From an uncultured virus (IMG/VR IMGVR_UViG_3300028840_008158) (lineage: Duplodnaviria > Heunggongvirae > Uroviricota > Caudoviricetes): 64,000 nt of DNA. The position numbers and the translations under genes are program-made. Within the stretch, counting starts at the first letter, position 1. Each line of letters begins with the position of its first letter. The notes below the pieces were generated by a model. That model was not told the origin of the DNA. It saw only the letters and a list, made by a program, of their open reading frames with translations, and ran no database searches. This document shows positions 1 through 5,811 of this stretch, piece by piece. The stretch lies in IMG/VR virus record IMGVR_UViG_3300028840_008158, one strand, 5' to 3'.

Positions 1-216
1 TTAGTCGTCGTCCTTGAACGGGACGATCCATTCGTAAATGATCGAGATGGTCACGAGCGGGGCGATCACGACGCATAGGACGGCGAGCGCCCTCGTCGCG
101 TCCTTGCGTCCGCCCATCGCGTCCATGATGATCCTGGCGCGCCTGGGCGGCTCGTAAAAACACAAGACCATCAGGTTCCAGGCCGCGAGCGCGGCCCACG
201 CGATGACGATGTCCAT
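1..216 (-). CDS. small membrane protein (2 hydrophobic segments)
   Basis: ORF MDIVIAWAAL...PFKDDD; start trimmed so it does not overlap tRNA-Pro. Confidence 0.5.
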   Translation of the reverse strand: MDIVIAWAALAAWNLMVLCFYEPPRRARIIMDAMGGRKDATRALAVLCVVIAPLVTISIIYEWIVPFKDDD

Positions 217-293
217 GCACGGATCATACATGACGGGACCGAGGGGATCGCTCCCCGGAAGAAAATCTTCCCTGTCATCAGTCCCGTCGAATT

Positions 294-369
294 TGGTCGG
301 AGGCCCCGGTATCGCGCCGAGCCATGCGTGGTCCCAAACCACGTGGGTTCACTTGCTCCCTCGCCTCCG
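294..369 (-). tRNA. tRNA-Pro(UGG), atypical T-loop
   Basis: acceptor CGGAGGC/GCCTCCG-A-CCA; anticodon arm CGTGG-TTTGGGA-CCACG; T-loop CGCGATA. Confidence 0.85.
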
Positions 370-371
370 AA

Positions 372-448
372 TGGCAGTGGCGGCGGGAATCGAACCCGCT
401 AAGCGCTGGTTTTGGAGGCCAGCCGAGGTACCCACCCTCTGCGCCACT
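372..448 (-). tRNA. tRNA-Trp(CCA)
   Basis: acceptor AGTGGCG/CGCCACT-G-CCA; loop CTCCAAA; T arm GCGGG-TTCGATT-CCCGC. Confidence 0.85.
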
Positions 449-458
449 GTGAACGAAG

Positions 459-576
459 TGGACCGGACGGGAATCGAACCCGTATCGCGGAGCGACCGCA
501 TTTGCCGATGGTTCCCGGTCTGGCCCGGGGACTCTCGTCTAAACGGTTTTCCCTCGACCTCGCGGGTTTCCGGCCC
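459..576 (-). ncRNA. 118-nt RNA resembling the tRNA-like domain of tmRNA (Ala-type acceptor, no anticodon arm)
   Basis: GGGCCGG/CCGGTCC acceptor with G3.U70 and discriminator A; T arm ACGGG-TTCGATT-CCCGT; UCGA motif after an unpaired D region; no CCA encoded. Confidence 0.65.
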
Positions 577-583
577 GTGAAAC

Positions 584-661
584 TGGTCGGGGCGGTGGGA
601 CTTGAACCCACGATCTCCGGTCCCCCAGACCGGCGGACACTCCAAGCTGTCCCGCGCCCCG
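584..661 (-). tRNA. tRNA-Pro(GGG)
   Basis: CGGGGCG/CGCCCCG-A-CCA; CCGGT-CTGGGGG-ACCGG. Confidence 0.92.
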
Positions 662-666
662 TAAAT

Positions 667-1045
667 TGATGACCCTGACGGGAGTCGAACCCGCATTCCG
701 ACCCAAAAAAGGCTTTTCAGGAAACCCGATTCCCTGCCACGGCGATGTCTGCTGGGCCCGACGCGGTTACCCGCGCCGGCGTGGACCCGGTTCACGAAAC
801 CTATGCGCCTTCCGCCGATTTCGCCCCTCCAACCCACGGCTGGAACTCGGGGCTAGTCGACCAAGGGTCGCCCGCCTCTGACGGCGGGACCGTCCTTTCC
901 AAGGTTTTTGACGGCGTGGACCCATGGATCGCTCTTCGGGCGACGCCCGACGGGGAAGGATGACCAGCCCCTCGTTGCGATCTAAAGGACCGGGTTCCTT
1001 CGACCCCCGCTGATGGGAGATCGATCCTCTTCCACTAACAGGGCC
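667..1045 (-). ncRNA. about 379-nt structured RNA closed by a tRNA-like acceptor stem and T arm (tmRNA-sized, identity unresolved)
   Basis: 5' GGCCCTG pairs with 3' CAGGGTC-A-TCA; T arm GCGGG-TTCGACT-CCCGT; long-range helices 962-971/849-858 and 989-995/785-791; several hairpins. Confidence 0.65.
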
Positions 1046-1104
1046 ATATGTTTGTTGTCCCCGCTACCACCCGCGTTTTTGATGAGGTTCGCGAGAAACC
1101 GAAT

Positions 1105-1182
1105 TGGTCGGGGAGGCGGGATTTGAACCCGCGATCTCCTGGATCCGAACCAGGCGGACACTCCAAGCTGTCCCGCTCCCCG
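1105..1182 (-). tRNA. tRNA-Pro(CGG)
   Basis: CGGGGAG/CTCCCCG-A-CCA; CCTGG-TTCGGAT-CCAGG. Confidence 0.92.
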
Positions 1183-1184
1183 TC

Positions 1185-1259
1185 TGGAGCCCCACCCAGG
1201 ACTTGCGCCTGGCTCTCAAGTTTACGAAACTTGCGCGTCGCTATCTACGCATGTGGGGC
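1185..1259 (-). tRNA. tRNA-Thr(CGU), atypical T-loop
   Basis: GCCCCAC/GTGGGGC-T-CCA; CAAGT-TTCGTAA-ACTTG; T-loop CGCAAGT. Confidence 0.85.
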
Positions 1260-1261
1260 GT

Positions 1262-1337
1262 TGGTCGGCGCCGGAGGAATCGAACCTGCCATCTCGACCT
1301 TATCAGGATCGCGTTATCACCATTCTACTAGGCGCCG
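1262..1337 (-). tRNA. tRNA-Ile(GAU)
   Basis: CGGCGCC/GGCGCCG-A-CCA; CGATC-CTGATAA-GGTCG. Confidence 0.85.
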
Positions 1338-1349
1338 AAAGAAGACGTT

Positions 1350-1435
1350 TGGTAGTGAACGTGAGGACTCGAACCTCTTAGCCGATCGGCAGCGACTTTA
1401 CAGGCCGCTTGGTTTCCCCCAACGATAGCGCTCCC
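1350..1435 (-). tRNA. tRNA-Tyr(GUA), imperfect acceptor and D arm
   Basis: GCGGC-CTGTAAA-GTCGC; long variable arm GCCGATCGGC; T-loop TTCGAGT; ends in ACCA. Confidence 0.7.
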
Positions 1436-1439
1436 ACGT

Positions 1440-1515
1440 TGATGGCCATAGCAGGGCTCGAACCTGCGTCCAGTCGGATTCAGAGCCGACCGCTCTACCG
1501 CTGAGCTACATGGCC
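1440..1515 (-). tRNA. tRNA with 8-nt anticodon loop CUCUGAAU (possibly Gln-CUG)
   Basis: GGCCATG/TATGGCC-A-TCA; D arm GCTC-AGCGGTA-GAGC; GTCGG-CTCTGAAT-CCGAC. Confidence 0.75.
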
Positions 1516-1525
1516 ATCCTTGAAC

Positions 1526-1612
1526 TGGTGGGCCGGGAGGGACTCGAACCCCCGTATTCCGTACGGAAACGTGGTCTACAGCCACGCGCAATTGCCGCTC
1601 TGCCACCGACCC
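1526..1612 (-). tRNA. tRNA-Tyr(GUA)
   Basis: GGGTCGG/CCGGCCC-A-CCA; CGTGG-CTGTAGA-CCACG; long variable arm. Confidence 0.9.
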
Positions 1613-1617
1613 TAAGT

Positions 1618-1695
1618 TGGTATCCCCACGGGGATTCGAACCCCGGTCTCGAGGCTGAGAACCTCGGATCCTGAGCCAGGCTAGAAGATGGGGAC
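1618..1695 (-). tRNA. tRNA-Glu(CUC)
   Basis: GTCCCCA/TGGGGAT-A-CCA; CGAGG-TTCTCAG-CCTCG; T-loop TTCGAAT. Confidence 0.92.
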
Positions 1696-1700
1696 GCCTA

Positions 1701-1775
1701 TGAAGACCCCTGGAGGAATCGAACCATCCGTATCCGAGCTATCTGCCCGGCGTCCTGCCACTAGACGAAGGGGTC
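1701..1775 (-). tRNA. tRNA-like gene with Glu-type body and non-canonical loop CAGAUAG (possible pseudo-tRNA)
   Basis: GACCCCT/AGGGGTC; D arm TCGTCTAGTGGCAGGAC; A at position 33; bulged T stem. Confidence 0.55.
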
Positions 1776-1794
1776 GTCTTCGTTCGCCTATTCC

Positions 1795-1807
1795 GTTGTC
1801 AAACAGC
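1795..1807 (-). promoter_or_regulatory. boxA-like Nus antitermination element
   Basis: GCTGTTTGACAAC, resembling rrn boxA TGCTCTTTAACA, about 20 nt before the first tRNA. Confidence 0.5.
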
Positions 1808-1871
1808 GGCGAGGGCGCGCACATCCGAGGCTTCCGGCTGCCTCCCCCGCTTCCTTCTTTGCGGCTCCGCC

Positions 1872-1911
1872 AAATGAAAAACCCCCGGGGTTTTTCGGCC
1901 CCGGGGGTTTC
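1872..1911 (-). terminator. intrinsic terminator acting as attenuator in the tRNA-operon leader
   Basis: GAAACCCCCGGGG-CCGAAAAA-CCCCGGGGGTTTTTCATTT, located between promoter and tRNAs. Confidence 0.85.
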
Positions 1912-1928
1912 GGCGGAAAACTTCTGGC

Positions 1929-2027
1929 TCAGCCCCCGAGGCTCGTGGGTGTATACCACGGCTGCTCGGTCCGTTCTTGGACCGCCGTGGTAATCACCTG
2001 AGTCGTCGTAGGGCTAAAGCTCAACAT
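1929..2027 (-). CDS. 32-aa leader peptide MLSFSPTTTQVITTAVQERTEQPWYTPTSLGG
   Basis: ATG at 2027 with GAGGA upstream; TGA 17 nt before the terminator; 3' end complementary to the terminator 5' arm. Confidence 0.8.
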   Translation of the reverse strand: MLSFSPTTTQVITTAVQERTEQPWYTPTSLGG

Positions 2028-2069
2028 TTCTCTCGTTCCTCAGGACCGGACCGCCCGGCCCTCGTAAGT

Positions 2070-2098
2070 AAGATACGCCAGAGGCGCCGTCCTGTCAA
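2070..2098 (-). promoter_or_regulatory. sigma70-type promoter of the tRNA operon
   Basis: TTGACA (2093-2098), 17 bp spacer, TATCTT (2070-2075); A-tracts upstream like an UP element. Confidence 0.85.
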
Positions 2099-2274
2099 AT
2101 CTTTTCTGAGTTTTTTTTCGACTTCCTTCTTTTGGGCATCGGATTTCCCTCACCGACCTGCCTCATGATCCTGCCGACGACCTTGCTCGAGATGGGCTTC
2201 GCTCGGATCCTGGGCGTCATGATGTTTCCCTCCGATCCTACTGGTTCGTTCCGGGAAAGGCCGTTCGATCCCTC

Positions 2275-2302
2275 TTGACGTCACCATAGGAGGGTGTATC
2301 AT
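2275..2302 (+). promoter_or_regulatory. sigma70-type promoter
   Basis: TTGACG, 16 bp spacer, TATCAT. Confidence 0.55.
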
Positions 2303-2325
2303 TTAATCGTGCGAGGGAGACGAGC

Positions 2326-2472
2326 GTGCCGAACCTGATCGCCAAATGTCGTTGCGGGGAGATTTACGTCCCCGTGAGGCAATGGGAGCCATGCGGCGCC
2401 TGCCGGGCCAAGGAGCGTCTCGACTGGCTGGCCCGGCACCCCAAGAGAAGGAAGAAGGTCAAGAGGAAATGA
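2326..2472 (+). CDS. 48-aa basic zinc-finger-like protein
   Basis: GTG start after GGGAG; CRCG...CGAC; Lys/Arg tail; missing from the ORF track. Confidence 0.5.
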   Translation: MPNLIAKCRCGEIYVPVRQWEPCGACRAKERLDWLARHPKRRKKVKRK

Positions 2473-2473
2473 A

Positions 2474-2956
2474 ATGTTCCTGAAGGTTTGGAACGGGACC
2501 AAAGTCGCGTCCCTGCGCAAGGTCGTCGGTCGCGCCGTAGTCTTCTCTTCCATGATGCTCTGGATGAACCTGACCCTGGTCTACGCGCATCTGGGATTCT
2601 GGCTCAGCGGAATCACCGGGACGGCGTCCGTATTCTTCGCCCTCCTCTCCGTGGGGGCATCGTACCTCATGTACGTCGTCCTCGTCATGACCTACTTCAG
2701 ATGGAGGATCCTCGGGCTGACGGATACCCTGAAGGACGACCTCCGCGAGGACCTCGTCGACAAGTGCCCGACGCGGGAGGCGTCCGTCTACGTCGCCCTG
2801 TTCTCGTTGTTCCAGTTCTCGAGGACGAACGAGCTGCGATGGGACGAGTTCGACGCGGTCTTCTTCGGCATATTCCCTGGTGCCAGGATAACCGTCACCC
2901 AAAGGAAGGTCATGAATGAGCTCTGCGGATTGGCCCCCGCCGAGGGAACCTGGTAA
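2474..2956 (+). CDS. hypothetical membrane protein
   Basis: RBS GAGG; two hydrophobic segments. Confidence 0.65.
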   Translation: MFLKVWNGTKVASLRKVVGRAVVFSSMMLWMNLTLVYAHLGFWLSGITGTASVFFALLSVGASYLMYVVLVMTYFRWRILGLTDTLKDDLREDLVDKCPTREASVYVALFSLFQFSRTNELRWDEFDAVFFGIFPGARITVTQRKVMNELCGLAPAEGTW

Positions 2957-3632
2957 AAAACCCCTCTTCCATCATTGCGCGTCGATCGAGGTCGTCCTCC
3001 GTGACGAGATCGTCCCGTCGCCCCATTGGACGAGGAGCCAGTCCCTCCTCGTGTCCGAGGAGATGAGGGAGGTTCGAGGACGACCCGAGGACAAGGACGT
3101 CGACGAGCATTTCGCCGATGACGAGGTCAAGCCCAACGCGTGGCTGCGCGACCAAGTCGGCTTCTACCCCCTATTTCTTGGGGTCGGGGACTCGCTCGAC
3201 GCCGTCCAGATGACGAACTACCCCGGCCAATGGCGCGACGTCATCGGGGGGGAGTCCTTCGACGGGAAATGGAAGAACACCCGGCGTCGGAAGGGAAAGT
3301 TCCCGAACTACGTCCTCCTCTCCTACGAGGACCTTCCTGGCGTCGTCTTCCTCGACTACGACGACTGGTTCCTGATCCTGAACTCGAGCCACAACGACTA
3401 CAAGATCACGGACCGGGAACGACGCATGGTCCTGAAGCCGTCCTGGAGGAGGAGCGACTGGCTAAGGAAGGTTCGTCGGCAGCCCGGGTCCGTCATGGCC
3501 GTCATCCCGAGGCTCCGGCCCCGAGACGCGCTCCAGGCTTGCGTCCGAAACGAGGCCTCCGCGAGGCTTCTGCGCGATTCTGGGTTCGCAAACGTAGCCC
3601 GGTGGAGGGTCAGGCTCGGGGATTGGGCCTAA
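2916..3632 (+). CDS. hypothetical protein
   Basis: 238-aa ORF with phage-like codon usage. Confidence 0.65.
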   Translation: MSSADWPPPREPGKKPLFHHCASIEVVLRDEIVPSPHWTRSQSLLVSEEMREVRGRPEDKDVDEHFADDEVKPNAWLRDQVGFYPLFLGVGDSLDAVQMTNYPGQWRDVIGGESFDGKWKNTRRRKGKFPNYVLLSYEDLPGVVFLDYDDWFLILNSSHNDYKITDRERRMVLKPSWRRSDWLRKVRRQPGSVMAVIPRLRPRDALQACVRNEASARLLRDSGFANVARWRVRLGDWA

Positions 3633-3755
3633 GGAGGAAGAATGAGCCGCCGCCATGTCGAAGTCGAAATGACGGCCTACGCCGACAGCAGGACGATGCG
3701 CCTACGCGGGCGCCTTCCATGGCGACCCAATGGGTCCTGAAGGAGACGTGGCTCG

Positions 3756-3983
3756 TCATCGGACGCCGATCCTGCCCCTGAACGAGCCGCTCCAGTTCCC
3801 CCGGAAGGAGCCCGCGGGGACGTTGATCTGGAAGTGATAGGTTGTCCCGGAGTTGGTCGTGTACGTCCCCGTTTGGTTCCCCAAATATCCACCCGTCGAG
3901 GTCGGCCCCGGAGGCCAGGACGTCGACCTCCCCACGGGAGTCACCTTCTTGGGCACGAAACGCTTCGCCTTAATCGGCTTCAT
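3756..3983 (-). CDS. hypothetical protein
   Basis: overlaps the stop of the upstream ARH-like gene; GAGGGG RBS. Confidence 0.45.
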   Translation of the reverse strand: MKPIKAKRFVPKKVTPVGRSTSWPPGPTSTGGYLGNQTGTYTTNSGTTYHFQINVPAGSFRGNWSGSFRGRIGVR

Positions 3984-4917
3984 CGGTCAACCCCCTCGCC
4001 ATGGCCAACACCCTGTTCGATCCCTCCACGTCGCGAACGAGCGCGGGGGGTATCTCCCTGACGCCAGCGAACGCCCCGATCATGGCCCCCAGGACCGCGC
4101 CGCGGATCGAGGCCGCCCCGCCTAGGCCGATCGCCTCCGTCACCGCCCCGAAGTCCTCGGGCCGGTTCATGAAGCAGAACACGCAGAAAGACACGAGCTC
4201 GACGACGTCACGCGAATGGCCGTTGAGGGCGGCGAACTCGGTGACGCGGCATTTGCCCTGCAACCTGGCCCTCGCGTACGCCAGGCGTTCCGACATCGGG
4301 TCGTCGGTTCGTTCCGGTATCTTCTCCTCGACCTCCCGGCAAAAGCCTATCAACTGGTGCAGCAACGAGCCCTCCTTGTCGTAGAGGTCCGAGGGCCGCG
4401 AGTACGCGTCGTGGTTGCGGACCGTCTCCTTGACGACCTTGGCCGCGACCCACGCGGAGAGGATCGCCGGCCTGAAGGCGTGCGTCGGCAACGCCGCGAC
4501 CTTGCAAGCCACGAGGAGCTCCTTGTCGGTCTTGTCCGTCGCCGCCGCCCACGCGCCAAGCGGGCAGAGCTTCGCGGCCAGCTCCGCCCCGAGGCTCTCC
4601 GGGCTCCCGCGCTCCATCATCGGGTCGTCCGAGTCGAGCGTCTTCGTCCATCGTTCCGGGACGTTCCTGGCCTGGAGCTTCTCGTGCGCCCGGACGGACG
4701 ATTCCTCCGTCGGGCCTCCGGAATGGAAGGCCGAAAGGATCATGAACCCGGCCCTCGTCGCGGACGAGAACGACCCCGTTTTCCCGAAGTAGTCGTCTAT
4801 CTTCTGGAACCTGCGCGTCACGTCATAAGCCGACAGGCCGTTCGCGGGAGCCCCGAGGGCGTCCCCAACGGCTTGCCCTGCCAGGGCGCCTGCGACCCTC
4901 GCGGATATGATGCCCAA
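3970..4917 (-). CDS. ADP-ribosylglycohydrolase (DraG/ARH) fold protein, catalytic acids missing
   Basis: GALAGQAVGDALGAP, ALPTH, GAVLGAMIGAFAG..IP; TDD and DxD motifs replaced. Confidence 0.8.
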   Translation of the reverse strand: MGIISARVAGALAGQAVGDALGAPANGLSAYDVTRRFQKIDDYFGKTGSFSSATRAGFMILSAFHSGGPTEESSVRAHEKLQARNVPERWTKTLDSDDPMMERGSPESLGAELAAKLCPLGAWAAATDKTDKELLVACKVAALPTHAFRPAILSAWVAAKVVKETVRNHDAYSRPSDLYDKEGSLLHQLIGFCREVEEKIPERTDDPMSERLAYARARLQGKCRVTEFAALNGHSRDVVELVSFCVFCFMNRPEDFGAVTEAIGLGGAASIRGAVLGAMIGAFAGVREIPPALVRDVEGSNRVLAMARGLTDEAD

Positions 4918-4920
4918 GGC

Positions 4921-5127
4921 TCAGTCCTTCTTTTCCGTCTCCTCGAAAGCGAACGGGAACTTGTCCTCGAACGCCTGGATCAATTCCCTAGCATGCCGGG
5001 CCGGGTAGGTCAAGTCCTCGACCCTTATGCGGCAGTTCCCCGCGTCTTCCGGATCGAACTCTATCGACCAGTTGTCGATCCCTTCGACCCTGAAAACGGA
5101 CGTAACCCATGACTTCTTGTCGGACAT
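4921..5127 (-). CDS. hypothetical protein
   Basis: MSDKKSW..., tightly packed in the operon. Confidence 0.55.
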   Translation of the reverse strand: MSDKKSWVTSVFRVEGIDNWSIEFDPEDAGNCRIRVEDLTYPARHARELIQAFEDKFPFAFEETEKKD

Positions 5128-5129
5128 TT

Positions 5130-5492
5130 TCACCACCTCGTCTCCAAGTCCCTTAGCTCGACGACGAACGGCTCGCCGATCCCCTTGTCGTACCCTTCCA
5201 CGGAAGGGAAGGAATCCTCGACGAGAATCAGCGGCTCGTCGCCCCCCATGTCGACGCGGCAACGGCAGTACAGGGCGACGTCGGCGCGGCGATTGGCGGA
5301 GAGCCGGAACATGACCGCGAAGGGCTCTCCGGTCGTCTCCTTCCCCTCCAGCCAGTCATACAGCGCGGCCTGGCGCTCGACGCGCAACAACTCCATGAGG
5401 CGCCCGTCGGACAACAGCCGCGACATGCGCTCCACGAACTCGCGCTCGGTCATCCCGGCCATCGCGGCCAGGTGGCCGAGCCCCGCCGTCAT
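5130..5492 (-). CDS. hypothetical protein
   Basis: MTAGLGH..., ATGA overlap with the upstream gene. Confidence 0.6.
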   Translation of the reverse strand: MTAGLGHLAAMAGMTEREFVERMSRLLSDGRLMELLRVERQAALYDWLEGKETTGEPFAVMFRLSANRRADVALYCRCRVDMGGDEPLILVEDSFPSVEGYDKGIGEPFVVELRDLETRW

Positions 5493-5728
5493 TCCTTCGA
5501 GGCGAGGACGACGCCTTCCGCGTCGGTCGCGATCCCGATGCACTTGGCCGACACGAGATGGCCATCGGTCCAGACGTACCCCTCCGAGTCGGACTCCGAG
5601 TTGGCGACCTGCCTCGCCGAATCCTCGTTGCGCCCCGCGACGATCATCTTGGAGATCTCGCCCGCCATGGGCGTGTCGCTCCTCTCCAACAGGTACAGCT
5701 TGATCTGGATGCTCTTCCCGTCTTCCAT
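5489..5728 (-). CDS. hypothetical phage protein
   Basis: MEDGKSIQ..., AAGGAG RBS. Confidence 0.6.
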   Translation of the reverse strand: MEDGKSIQIKLYLLERSDTPMAGEISKMIVAGRNEDSARQVANSESDSEGYVWTDGHLVSAKCIGIATDAEGVVLASKE

Positions 5729-5811
5729 CTGGCTCTCTCCTTGACATGTTTCGTCCCCGGTTCGCGGACTCTTGGTGACATCATACGGCGTTGGGGGGGC
5801 GAGCGTTGGAT

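Noticed and set aside
667..1045. Group I/II intron-containing tRNA or RNase P RNA
   Set aside because: No D stem or split anticodon arm, and I found no group I P7 (R/S), group II domain V or RNase P GAGGAAAGUCC signature.
1470..1490. Selenocysteine or opal-suppressor tRNA suggested by TTCA on the + strand
   Set aside because: The gene is on the minus strand, where the loop reads CTCTGAAT, and there is no long variable arm.
203..1993. ORF-track proteins of 70-162 aa across the tRNA array
   Set aside because: They overlap clear tRNA cloverleaves and have no protein-like composition.
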